Assembly (NCBI GenBank): GCA_050872545.1
Contig: JBNMHA010000001.1
Span: 4,047 to 68,046, forward strand
Origin: Spirochaetales bacterium
GTDB taxonomy: Bacteria; Spirochaetota; GWE2-31-10
Length of the DNA: 64,000 nt
Reading direction: 5' to 3'
The position numbers and the translations under genes were made by a program. Under the pieces are notes generated by a model that saw only the letters and a list, made by a program, of their open reading frames with translations, made no database searches and was not told the origin of the DNA. Of the stretch, positions 37,428 to 47,052 are shown in pieces (within the stretch, counting starts at the first letter, position 1; each line of letters begins with the position of its first letter).

Positions 37428-38753
37428 ATGGCTATAAAAAATTTCGTTTTAGATACAAACGTTATTCTCCATGATGCAAACTGCATAATGAATTTTGCAG
37501 AAAACAACATCATCATTCCTATGGCGGTACTTGAAGAAGTCGATAAATTCAAAAAAGGCGATGAACAAAAAAACTTTCAAGCACGCTATTTCATCAGAAA
37601 ACTGGATTCAATTTATACCGATTCAATTGATTTCAAAACCGGAGCAAAACTCGGTGAAGGCAAAGGAACACTGCGTATAATTGCAGGTGACGACAATTCT
37701 CCGGAAGTAAAAAAATTATTTATGGCTGATTTTGCCGACCACAGGATTTTAACGGTTGCCTACAATATGAAGTACCGTGATAATCTTGAAAATGTAGTCC
37801 TTGTCACAAAAGACATAAATCTGCGAATGAAAGCCAAAGCTCTTAATATAAAAGCAGAAGACTACACAAGCGGCACTGTAAGAGATGTCGACACGCTTTA
37901 TACTGGAAAATGTGAAATTGAAGATAATTCCGGAGAAATCAGCAACAAAATTTTTGACAGCGGCATAAATATAAAAGAATTTGAGAAAATAACCGGCAAA
38001 AATCTTACCTTTAACCAATATGTCATTATTAAAAGTAACAACAATTCGATTCTTGCACGATATGACGCAGCTTCCGGCAAAGTTCGCCCTGTAGAAACAA
38101 AAAGTGCCTACGGAATTCGTCCGCGAAATGCAGAACAAACATTTGCAATGGATGCGCTGCTTGATGACAATATCCCGATTGTAACAATTTCCGGCAAAGC
38201 AGGAACAGGAAAAACTCTTCTTGCGCTGGCGTGCGGACTGGAACGACGTTCCGGCTACAAGCAAATATTTGTTTCGCGTCCTATTATTCCGTTAAGCAAT
38301 AAGGAAATCGGATTTTTGCCGGGCGATATAAAATCTAAGCTCAATCCATACATGCAGCCACTGTGGGATAACCTTAAAGTTATAAAAAATCAGTATTCCG
38401 AAAAAGCAAAGGAATCACAAAAAATAGAAGATTTAACCGAAACAGGAAAACTTCTTATTGAACCGCTTGCATACATTCGCGGTCGTTCATTAAACAAAAT
38501 TTACTTCATTGTAGATGAAGCGCAAAACCTTACACCGCATGAAGTAAAAACTATAATCACACGTGTTGGCGAGGGAACTAAAATTATATTTACCGGCGAC
38601 CCACACCAGATTGACACGCCGTATTTAGATATTCACTCCAACGGGCTTACATATTTAATTTCACGTTTTACCGGACAAAAATTATTTGCTCATTTAACAC
38701 TTGAAAAAGGCGAACGTTCGGCACTTGCGGAACTGGCAAGCGACCTTCTGTAA
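37428..38753 (+). CDS. PIN-domain / PhoH-like ATPase (YlaK-type)
   Basis: An N-terminal PIN (VLDTNVILHD) and the PhoH Walker A motif GKAGTGKT. Confidence 0.8.
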   Translation: MAIKNFVLDTNVILHDANCIMNFAENNIIIPMAVLEEVDKFKKGDEQKNFQARYFIRKLDSIYTDSIDFKTGAKLGEGKGTLRIIAGDDNSPEVKKLFMADFADHRILTVAYNMKYRDNLENVVLVTKDINLRMKAKALNIKAEDYTSGTVRDVDTLYTGKCEIEDNSGEISNKIFDSGINIKEFEKITGKNLTFNQYVIIKSNNNSILARYDAASGKVRPVETKSAYGIRPRNAEQTFAMDALLDDNIPIVTISGKAGTGKTLLALACGLERRSGYKQIFVSRPIIPLSNKEIGFLPGDIKSKLNPYMQPLWDNLKVIKNQYSEKAKESQKIEDLTETGKLLIEPLAYIRGRSLNKIYFIVDEAQNLTPHEVKTIITRVGEGTKIIFTGDPHQIDTPYLDIHSNGLTYLISRFTGQKLFAHLTLEKGERSALAELASDLL

Positions 38754-40280
38754 ATGCAGCCCGAAAACAAAAGAATTGCCCGAAATACTTTAATGCTTTA
38801 TTTCCGGCAAATACTCATTCTGCTCACAAGCTTGTATACAGTGCGCATTGTACTACAGGCTCTGGGAGCAGAAGATTACGGAATTTACAATGTTGTTGCC
38901 GGAACTGTTACCATGTTCGGCTTTTTAAGCAGCAGCATGGCTACAGCGTCGCAGCGTTTTTTCAGTTTTGAAATGGGACAAGGAAATGCGGAAAAGTTGC
39001 AAAGAATCTTCAGTCTGATGTTTATAATATACGTCATTCTGGCAATCTTTATATTTGCAGCTGCCGAGACTGTCGGACTGTGGTTCCTGAAAAACAAGCT
39101 TGTGATTCCCGAAGAACGCTTAAAAGCCGCATTTTGGATTTACCAATTTACAATCCTTTCATTCATAATCACGATATTAACAACGCCTTATATGGCTGCA
39201 ATAATCGCTCATGAGAACATGAAAATTTATGCTTATGCCGGTATCGCAGAAGCAGCTCTGAAATTTGCAGTCGCTCTATCTTTAAAATTTCTGCCTTTTG
39301 ATAAATTAACAATTTACGGTTTTCTGCTAATGCTTGTAACTTCAATAAACACCGCAGTCTACAGATTTTACTGTGCCGCACACTATCCGGAATGCCGACT
39401 AATTTTTGTTTGGGATAAAGAAAAGGTTAAAGAAATTATTTCATACAGCAGCTGGAATCTTTTCGGCTCAAGCGTCGGCATTATCAAAAATCAAGTTCTC
39501 AATATTTTACTAAACGTATTTTTCAACCCGATTGTAAACGCGGCACGCAGCATATCAATACAAGTAAATAATGCAGTAAACAGTTTTGCCAACAACTTCA
39601 CCACGGCAATGCGTCCGCAAATTATAAAACAATACGCCGCCGGAAATTACGAAAATGCTGCCGGATTGGTTTTCAGCGGCTGCAAATACACTTTTTTTCT
39701 GATGTTCATTTTTTCAATGCCGCTTATCTTGGAAATGGACTACGTGCTGAAAATCTGGCTTTCAAATCCGCCGAAATTAGCCGCAATTTTCACTCGACTG
39801 GCATTAATCGACGCAGTAATAACATCAATCAGCTACCAAATAATGACGCTAGCTCAAGCTACCGGAAAAATAAAATTGTATCAAAGTTTAGTCGGCGGCA
39901 TTCTTCTGCTGAACCTGCCGATAAGCTACGTCGTTTTAAAACAGGGTGCTCCGGCGTATTCCGTAATGATTGTCACTATTATTATTTCATGTCTCGCAAC
40001 AATCGCTCGACTGCTGATTCTCAAGCGTTTAGTGCCTTTTTCATTAACAAAATTTTTCACTAAATCTATGCTGCCGATGTTCAGTGCAGCTTCGGCAGCC
40101 TGCATATTCCCGACAATCATACATTTCACAATGGCTGAAAATTTTGTGCGCTTCTGCACTGTTGTACTTATCGCTGTTTTTACGACCGTTTTCTGCATTT
40201 TTGCGGTCGGACTTTCCCACAGTGAACGAATCGGCATTTTAGAGTTTATAAAAAAGAAAATTTCACACGGCAGCAAATAA
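38754..40280 (+). CDS. Polysaccharide flippase (Wzx/MOP superfamily)
   Basis: ORF of 508 aa with about 12-14 predicted TM helices, sitting in a polysaccharide-modification context. Confidence 0.6.
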   Translation: MQPENKRIARNTLMLYFRQILILLTSLYTVRIVLQALGAEDYGIYNVVAGTVTMFGFLSSSMATASQRFFSFEMGQGNAEKLQRIFSLMFIIYVILAIFIFAAAETVGLWFLKNKLVIPEERLKAAFWIYQFTILSFIITILTTPYMAAIIAHENMKIYAYAGIAEAALKFAVALSLKFLPFDKLTIYGFLLMLVTSINTAVYRFYCAAHYPECRLIFVWDKEKVKEIISYSSWNLFGSSVGIIKNQVLNILLNVFFNPIVNAARSISIQVNNAVNSFANNFTTAMRPQIIKQYAAGNYENAAGLVFSGCKYTFFLMFIFSMPLILEMDYVLKIWLSNPPKLAAIFTRLALIDAVITSISYQIMTLAQATGKIKLYQSLVGGILLLNLPISYVVLKQGAPAYSVMIVTIIISCLATIARLLILKRLVPFSLTKFFTKSMLPMFSAASAACIFPTIIHFTMAENFVRFCTVVLIAVFTTVFCIFAVGLSHSERIGILEFIKKKISHGSK

Positions 40281-40337
40281 GCGTATCTGGAAAAAAATAC
40301 GGCCTTGTGATACAACACCGGGAAAAGAGGTTTACAG

Positions 40338-41243
40338 ATGGAATTCATACTGGACTGCTGCACTTGCATAGTAAAGCAAGCGGCTCAAGTAGCTGATATA
40401 AAAAATTTTGAAAAAGACAAAGCGAATAAAATAATGCGGAACATTCTGCAGAACTTGGCAAATGCCGATTATACAAAATCAACTCCGCAGCTTATGGGTG
40501 AAGTCTGGGATATTCTGGAAGAAGAACTCGGCACGCGCGATGTTTACCGAGAAATAAAATATTACTACGACAACGCAGTTCTGGAACAAAAAAACCGCAT
40601 TACCGAAAATATTGCGTCACATAACAGCGACTACGACAGATTTACCAAAGCACTGATTTTTTCAATCTGCGGAAATCTTATTGATCTGGCAGCAACGGCT
40701 TCTTTTGACACACAAACTTTTTTTAATACAGCGGTTAATCTCGCCGCAACTCCGTTTGCGGTAAATGACACGCAGCTTTTGTATAATGCTCTTAAATCCT
40801 GCAAGGAATTACTTTATTTGGGAGACAATTGCGGCGAAATTGTGACCGATAAAATCTTTATTCAGGAAATAAAACGTCAATTTCCGCAAATTCATTTTAC
40901 TTACGCTGTGCGCGGCTTTGCGGTACTGAATGATGTGACAATGTACGATGCCGATACAATAAATATGCACGAGGCAGCAACAGTGATTTCAAACGGAAGC
41001 AAAGCCGCCGGTACCGTTTTGGAAGAAGTTGATGATAAATTTAAAACAGCTTTTAATAATGCAGATATAATAATTTCAAAAGGGCAGGGGAATTACGAAA
41101 GTTTACACCCAATCGAAAGAGAAAACCTCTTTTTCCTGCTGATGGCAAAATGTCCGGTAATTGCAAAACTTTTCAATGTTCCGCCGATGTCTGCTATCTG
41201 CATGAAAAACACATGTGGCAAAAAAGGTTCGCATGAAAATTAA
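40338..41243 (+). CDS. DUF89 (ARMT1-like) metal-dependent phosphatase family protein
   Basis: The motifs LGDNCGE and KGQGNYE are characteristic of the family. Confidence 0.55.
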   Translation: MEFILDCCTCIVKQAAQVADIKNFEKDKANKIMRNILQNLANADYTKSTPQLMGEVWDILEEELGTRDVYREIKYYYDNAVLEQKNRITENIASHNSDYDRFTKALIFSICGNLIDLAATASFDTQTFFNTAVNLAATPFAVNDTQLLYNALKSCKELLYLGDNCGEIVTDKIFIQEIKRQFPQIHFTYAVRGFAVLNDVTMYDADTINMHEAATVISNGSKAAGTVLEEVDDKFKTAFNNADIIISKGQGNYESLHPIERENLFFLLMAKCPVIAKLFNVPPMSAICMKNTCGKKGSHEN

Positions 41244-42402
41244 TGAATTAAGAAACTGCACCGGATGTCACGCATGTTATTCTGCATGTCCGCAAGAATC
41301 AATTACAATGCACCGCGATAATGAAGGCTTTCTTTATCCTGTCGTAAATAAAATTTCCTGTACAAAATGCGGACTTTGCGAGAAAGTTTGTCCAATTATC
41401 ACGCCGCTTCAGCGTATCGCAACGTCCGACTCCGCAGCATTTGCAGCTATCAACAAAAACGACAAAATCAGAGCCGAAAGTTCAAGCGGCGGAATTTTCA
41501 CCGCAATTGCAGAAAAAATAACAACTATGGGTGGCGTTGTATTCGGCGCAAAGTTCGCATCCGACTTTTCCGTAATTCACAGCCACACAAGCAACACCGA
41601 CAACATTGCTGACTTCAGAGGCTCAAAATATGTGCAAAGTATAATAGGAAATTCTTATAAGGAATGCAAAGATTTGCTTGATTCCGGCAAAACAGTCTTA
41701 TTTTCCGGTACACCTTGTCAAATCGGTGGTCTGAAAGCCTTTTTGAAAAAAGATTACTGCAATCTTATTACTATAGATTTTATTTGCCACGGTGTACCGT
41801 CGCCTTTGCTTTGGAAAAAATATATCAGCTTCAAATCAGCGGACGATCAAAGAATTACAAAAATCACTTTCCGAGACAAAAGCAACGGTTGGGAAAATTA
41901 CTCATTCACTGTTAATTATGCTGACGGCAATGTTTGCAGGCAAATTTTCCGAAGTAATGAATATATGCGGTTATTCCTGAAAGATGTCAGCCTGCGTCCG
42001 TCATGTTACAATTGCAATTTCAAAGGAATTTCCCGGTATTCGGATATTACACTTGGCGATTTTTGGGGAATCCATCAGGAGCTTCCGAGTTTTAATGATA
42101 ATCGCGGAACGTCTTTTATTATCGTTCACACCGATAATGGTAAAGAAATAATTGCGAAACTCGACAACTGCATAATACAAGAAATTTCAACAGAACAAGG
42201 CGCAAAACATAATCCGTCACTGACAAAATCTGCGAACAGCCCGGCTTCACGAAACGCTTTCTTTGCAGATTTGCACGCTGGAAATTTCAACATAAAAAAA
42301 CTTGCCGCTAAGTATGCTGCCGAATCATTTTCAGTACGGCTTAAAAAAGCATTAAACTGCGCTTTAAGAAAATTATCGAAAATATTAAGGAAGAAAAAAT
42401 GA
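41233..42402 (+). CDS. FrhB-like (coenzyme F420 hydrogenase beta-subunit family) 4Fe-4S protein
   Basis: The ferredoxin motifs CTGCHACYSACP and CTKCGLCEKVCP, plus an FrhB-like C-terminal domain. This family commonly pairs with pyruvyl transferases. Confidence 0.55.
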   Translation: MKINELRNCTGCHACYSACPQESITMHRDNEGFLYPVVNKISCTKCGLCEKVCPIITPLQRIATSDSAAFAAINKNDKIRAESSSGGIFTAIAEKITTMGGVVFGAKFASDFSVIHSHTSNTDNIADFRGSKYVQSIIGNSYKECKDLLDSGKTVLFSGTPCQIGGLKAFLKKDYCNLITIDFICHGVPSPLLWKKYISFKSADDQRITKITFRDKSNGWENYSFTVNYADGNVCRQIFRSNEYMRLFLKDVSLRPSCYNCNFKGISRYSDITLGDFWGIHQELPSFNDNRGTSFIIVHTDNGKEIIAKLDNCIIQEISTEQGAKHNPSLTKSANSPASRNAFFADLHAGNFNIKKLAAKYAAESFSVRLKKALNCALRKLSKILRKKK

Positions 42403-43511
42403 AAATCGGAATTATGACATTCTGGTGGTCTGATGATAACTATGGACAGCTGCTACAGTGTTACGCTCTGCAAAAATATTTACGTGATTTGGGTCATGCT
42501 CCGTATCTTATAAGATACAAATGGTATTCTGATGTAATCAAAAATCCGTTGCCTATGCGCATTTTGAAAGCTTTGAATCCGGTATTTATGTACAATTTTT
42601 TAATAAATAAAAAAAATAAGGCACTGCTGAAAAAAGAAGCAGCCATAAATTCACGCGGTTTTGATGACTTTAGAAAACGTTACATTGCACAATCGGAAAC
42701 ACAATTTTTTTCACTGCGGCAACTTAGGGAAAATCCGCCGACAGCTGATGTTTACATTGTCGGGTCAGATCAAGTTTGGAACTTCTGGAACAATCCAGTT
42801 CGGCGTTTCCGTAATGTTATTCATGCATATTTTCTTGACTTCGGGGCGCAAGAAACAAAGCGCGCTTCTTATGCTGCAAGCTGGGGAGTAAAAAATATAA
42901 GCTCGGAATATATAAAAGAAATTTCCCCATTGCTTGCAAAATTCGATTATATAAGCGTGCGTGAATCAAGCGGAATCGATTTATGCAGGAAATGCGGCGC
43001 AAAATCCGCAGAATGGGTTCCTGACCCGACGCAGCTTTTATCTGCTGATAATTATCGTAATTTGTACAATGAAAACAATTTGCGAAAGCCGCAGAATAAA
43101 TATCTTCTTCTTTATATTTTAAACAACAAATGCAGTATCGATATTCAAGCTGTTTACGATTTTGCCGCAGCCCGAAAGTTAGAAGTAATTTATGTAACCG
43201 GCAACGGAACAATTGATAAATATCCGAAATTTTTTGCAACTATTCCCGAATGGCTTTACCTTATTGACAATGCCGAATATGTGATAACCAATTCATTTCA
43301 TTGCAGCGTATTTTCAATTTTGTTTGGCAAACAATTTGCCGCACTGCCACTGACAGGCAAACATGTGGGAATGAACGACAGATTGGAATCACTTTTTAAG
43401 CGTTATGAAATAGAACCTCGCTTTATTCATGCGAATGATTTTTCTGTACTGGATAAGCCCTACGCCGCAAAGTCGGCAACAAATACAACTGTTAATAAGG
43501 AGCTGATTTAA
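42399..43511 (+). CDS. Polysaccharide pyruvyl transferase
   Basis: ORF of 370 aa resembling the pyruvyl-transferase fold. It is coupled to the FrhB-like gene by an ATGA overlap. Confidence 0.6.
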   Translation: MKIGIMTFWWSDDNYGQLLQCYALQKYLRDLGHAPYLIRYKWYSDVIKNPLPMRILKALNPVFMYNFLINKKNKALLKKEAAINSRGFDDFRKRYIAQSETQFFSLRQLRENPPTADVYIVGSDQVWNFWNNPVRRFRNVIHAYFLDFGAQETKRASYAASWGVKNISSEYIKEISPLLAKFDYISVRESSGIDLCRKCGAKSAEWVPDPTQLLSADNYRNLYNENNLRKPQNKYLLLYILNNKCSIDIQAVYDFAAARKLEVIYVTGNGTIDKYPKFFATIPEWLYLIDNAEYVITNSFHCSVFSILFGKQFAALPLTGKHVGMNDRLESLFKRYEIEPRFIHANDFSVLDKPYAAKSATNTTVNKELI

Positions 43512-44833
43512 TGAACTGGGAACTTTTAATTACATGCAGCGACAATAATGATAACAACGGACGAGATTTATTCCAACGAGATCATGACAGATTAATTTTT
43601 TCATCAGCATTCCGCAGCTTGAACCAAAAGACACAGGTTTTTCCGATGCCCGAAAGTTATTTTATCCACAACCGAATGACGCACAGCATAGAAACATCAT
43701 GCGTAGGGCGGTCACTCGGAGAAAATACCGCCGCAAGGATTGCCGAAATTAATAAAATAAAAAACGCGTATGAGTTCCAAGTAAAAATCGGACGAATTAC
43801 AGAAACAGCCTGCCTTGCTCATGACATAGGCAATCCGCCGTTCGGTCATTCCGGCGAATCTGCAATTTCAAGCTTTTTTGAAACAAATTCGGCAGTTTTA
43901 TCCGAACTGAACGAGAAGCAAAAAAATGACTTACTAAATTTTGAAGGCAATGCGCAAGGCTTTCGGCTTTTGTCACGTAAAGAAAGCGAACTAGATGTTA
44001 CTTACAATGTTTTAGCTGCATTTACCAAATATCCGCGTGAAAGTCATGTCACCGATTACAAAGATTGTAAAGCACACGAAAGAAAAGACCAAAAGAAGTA
44101 CGGTTTTTTCCAAAGTGAGAAAAACATTTTTGTAAATATTGCCGCTGAATTCAATTTTCATTCACTTACAAATAGAAATGACATTGCATTTGCCCGTTCG
44201 CCTTTGGCTTTTCTCGTAGAAGCTGCAGATGACATTTGTTACACAATAATGGATATAGAAGATGGAGTACGGTTGAAAATTTTACCGTTTGCAAAAGCGA
44301 AAGAACTTCTTATGCCGATACTAAAAGTTTCCGAGCACAACAGTATTACTCAACGCTGCAGCAGACTTTCCGATGACATTCAAAAAATTGGTTATCTGCG
44401 TGCAAAAGTTATAAACGAACTGACACGGCAATGCTGCGATTGTTTTATTGAAAACTTAACTGAAATCGAAAATGGAACATATCCCAAATCTTTGATTACC
44501 GAAATTCCGAGTGCAAAATCTGTTAATGCTCTGAAAAAACTGGCGGAAAATAATTTGTACAATTATCAGCCGGTAGCGGAAATCGAAACTGCCGGTTTTG
44601 AGATTATTCACGGACTGCTTGAAATTATTTTGGAACTGCAAACTTCTCCCGACACAAAGCGCAATAAACAGCGTGCTTTGTTATTCCCGGAGCATATTGT
44701 AAAACCGGCGGAAAATCTTTCGCATTATGAAAAGTTATTGACTGCAACAGATTTTGTTTCCGGACTGACTGACGGCGCAGCAATTAATTTGTTCAATAAA
44801 ATACGCGGAGTTTCATTTCCGCGCATTTATTAG
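43511..44833 (+). CDS. dgt: dGTP triphosphohydrolase-like HD-domain protein
   Basis: The HD motif (AHDIGNPPFGH) and a length of 440 aa. Its start overlaps the upstream stop (TAATG). Confidence 0.75.
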   Translation: MNWELLITCSDNNDNNGRDLFQRDHDRLIFSSAFRSLNQKTQVFPMPESYFIHNRMTHSIETSCVGRSLGENTAARIAEINKIKNAYEFQVKIGRITETACLAHDIGNPPFGHSGESAISSFFETNSAVLSELNEKQKNDLLNFEGNAQGFRLLSRKESELDVTYNVLAAFTKYPRESHVTDYKDCKAHERKDQKKYGFFQSEKNIFVNIAAEFNFHSLTNRNDIAFARSPLAFLVEAADDICYTIMDIEDGVRLKILPFAKAKELLMPILKVSEHNSITQRCSRLSDDIQKIGYLRAKVINELTRQCCDCFIENLTEIENGTYPKSLITEIPSAKSVNALKKLAENNLYNYQPVAEIETAGFEIIHGLLEIILELQTSPDTKRNKQRALLFPEHIVKPAENLSHYEKLLTATDFVSGLTDGAAINLFNKIRGVSFPRIY

Positions 44834-44852
44834 ACTGCTTCATTAAAAAACG

Positions 44853-45896
44853 CTATTTGGGTACAAATTCCAGTTTATATTTTTGTTCGATTCGCCGATT
44901 TTCCGCATCAACAGCATTTCTTTTTGCTTCATATTCGAGCAGTCTCTTAATATTTTCCGTCATTTCCTCAAAAGCAATTTCGCCCTCATCGTTAATTTCT
45001 TCAACTTTCAGAAGTTCATAACCTACGGCAGTTTCTATAATTTCCGAAACTTCACCTTTATTTAAATTAAAAGCCGCACGCTCCAACTTTTCATCCTGCA
45101 AGCTTCCTCTTGTAATAAAATCAGGAAGAAAGCCGCCGTTTTCTGTGCTGATTTTATCTTCTGAATATTTTTTTGCAGCCGCCGCAAAATCTTTTCCGGC
45201 AGAAATTTCATTTTTTGCACGGTTGATTTTGGCAAATGATTTCTGTTTATTAAAGTCCGGTGAAAAACTGACAAATATATGACGCACCTGCAGTGACGGG
45301 TTAATTTTGGAAATACTTGGGTTGGTTTTGTAGTAAGCTAAAATATCTTCATCATCGGCTTCATCGTAAGAGATTTTCTCATTTCGATATTTTTCGATAA
45401 TCACATTTTTCTTTAAATCTTCCGCAATAAACGAGTAACTTAACGGAGAATCTTTTAAATACATTTTAAACTGCTCTACATCCCCAATATAAGCTTCCAC
45501 TTGTTTATTAATTTCATCTTCATTATAAACAAAGCCCGATGCGGCAATTTCACGGTAATAAAGTTCTTTCTGAGCAAGAGAATACGCCATAAAATAGAAC
45601 AGTTCGTTAATTCGGTCTTTTGACACCGCAGAAAAATCAAGACTGTCCGCCGAAACCTGATAATACAAAAACGGCAGAACGTATTTATTGGTTACAGAAA
45701 ATTCTGTTGTATTTACTAAAGGCACTTCATTTTCCAAAGAAAACAACTTGGATTTCTTTTCCATATTCTTCGCAAAAATAAAAATATTGCCAGTGTAGTT
45801 AAATGCATCGGTAGATAAAAAAGGGCTGCATTCTTTTCCGGCAGAGCATGACATTAAAACAATAGAAGCTATCAATAAAAAATATTTAACTTTCAC
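44853..45896 (-). CDS. Periplasmic peptidyl-prolyl isomerase (SurA/PrsA-like, parvulin domain)
   Basis: A signal peptide, an N-terminal chaperone-like region and a parvulin region (…LQVRHIFVSF…). Confidence 0.55.
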   Translation of the reverse strand: MKVKYFLLIASIVLMSCSAGKECSPFLSTDAFNYTGNIFIFAKNMEKKSKLFSLENEVPLVNTTEFSVTNKYVLPFLYYQVSADSLDFSAVSKDRINELFYFMAYSLAQKELYYREIAASGFVYNEDEINKQVEAYIGDVEQFKMYLKDSPLSYSFIAEDLKKNVIIEKYRNEKISYDEADDEDILAYYKTNPSISKINPSLQVRHIFVSFSPDFNKQKSFAKINRAKNEISAGKDFAAAAKKYSEDKISTENGGFLPDFITRGSLQDEKLERAAFNLNKGEVSEIIETAVGYELLKVEEINDEGEIAFEEMTENIKRLLEYEAKRNAVDAENRRIEQKYKLEFVPK

Positions 45897-45925
45897 TTAA
45901 CAAATCTCCGTATAACAAAAAGAAA

Positions 45926-45950
45926 AAAGACCTCACTTGCCTGAGGTCTC
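45926..45950 (-). terminator. Intrinsic terminator downstream of the STAS gene
   Basis: On the minus strand: GAGACCTCAGG-loop-GAGGTCT followed by TTTTTTCTTTTT. Confidence 0.45.
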
Positions 45951-45969
45951 TGCTGATAAATACAATAAT

Positions 45970-46356
45970 TTACTGAATTTGAATTTCAATCAAGCCGGGA
46001 GCTAACATAGACAACATTTTCAATGAAGTTTCCTGCCAAGTTATCTGAGAATTTGCGATAACTTTGAAATTATATTTCTTATCTGCCGGCAACGGAGTAA
46101 CTTTAGTTATCCATTTAATGAGGGTTTTTATTCCGCTGGAATTTAAAAATGTTAATTTTGAAAAATCCAGTTCTACATATTTAATACCATTCTCAATTAT
46201 TTTGTTGTGTATTTGTTCAAAAAAAGGAACAAATATCGGTTCAGGATTCTGAACATCAATATCACCTGAGAAACTTACTTTCACACCGTTATCAAGATCT
46301 GTAAGCTCTACATTTGCCTTTTCTGTAACAACATTATCCAATCCAAATTTATTCAT
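45970..46356 (-). CDS. STAS-domain anti-sigma-factor antagonist
   Basis: ORF of 128 aa with a SpoIIAA-like fold, including the conserved Ser/Gly region (…NSSGIKTLIK…). Confidence 0.6.
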   Translation of the reverse strand: MNKFGLDNVVTEKANVELTDLDNGVKVSFSGDIDVQNPEPIFVPFFEQIHNKIIENGIKYVELDFSKLTFLNSSGIKTLIKWITKVTPLPADKKYNFKVIANSQITWQETSLKMLSMLAPGLIEIQIQ

Positions 46357-46372
46357 ACAATACTACCCCATT

Positions 46373-46855
46373 CTATTTTAAGTCAAAAATTACTGAAACT
46401 TTCAATAAATTGTTTTCTGTTGAAAATTTTATATCTGCATTACTCTCATAACGTATTCTGGCAAGTCCAAGCTGAGAACCGCCGTCTGTTCTCAATGCAG
46501 CTTCCGCCATCTTCTTCAAGTAAACTTCTTCAGGATTACCGCTGTTGATTCTTTCAATTTCATTTCGCAGAACTTCACAGTTCACCGGATTTGAAAAGTT
46601 TTCAACTGAAAGATAAAGCTTGTTTTCTTCCGGCTTATGCTCCACAGTAACTTTAGTTCCTTCTTCAGATGCATACTTTACCGCATTTTCCAGAAGCTCG
46701 CTTGCAGCCATTGATATTACATCGGCTTTCTTGCAGTCTGTCAACGCTATAGCAAGAAAACTTTGGAGAAATGAACGCACCGCAGCAATGTAAGTCCATC
46801 TCGGTCCGAAAACGAGTTCTATAAAACCATCTTTTATATTTTTTGAGAGTTCCAT
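46373..46855 (-). CDS. Anti-sigma regulatory factor (RsbW/SpoIIAB-like Ser kinase, HATPase_c)
   Basis: ORF of 160 aa with an N-box-like ELLENAVKYA, adjacent to the STAS gene. Confidence 0.55.
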   Translation of the reverse strand: MELSKNIKDGFIELVFGPRWTYIAAVRSFLQSFLAIALTDCKKADVISMAASELLENAVKYASEEGTKVTVEHKPEENKLYLSVENFSNPVNCEVLRNEIERINSGNPEEVYLKKMAEAALRTDGGSQLGLARIRYESNADIKFSTENNLLKVSVIFDLK

Positions 46856-47052
46856 AAAATATTTCTCTATTTATTAATTTTTAATGGAGTCACGATACAA
46901 TATTGTTTGGTGTATTGCAACAATTTTCTAACCTTTAACTTTTTTCACATTTTTTTAAACAGAAGTGCATTCTTTTCTTAATGTTCTTTGTTAAAGTAAA
47001 ATTATAAAATTGTCGACCTTGTTATATATTTAAACAAAAAAGGTCTGAACAA

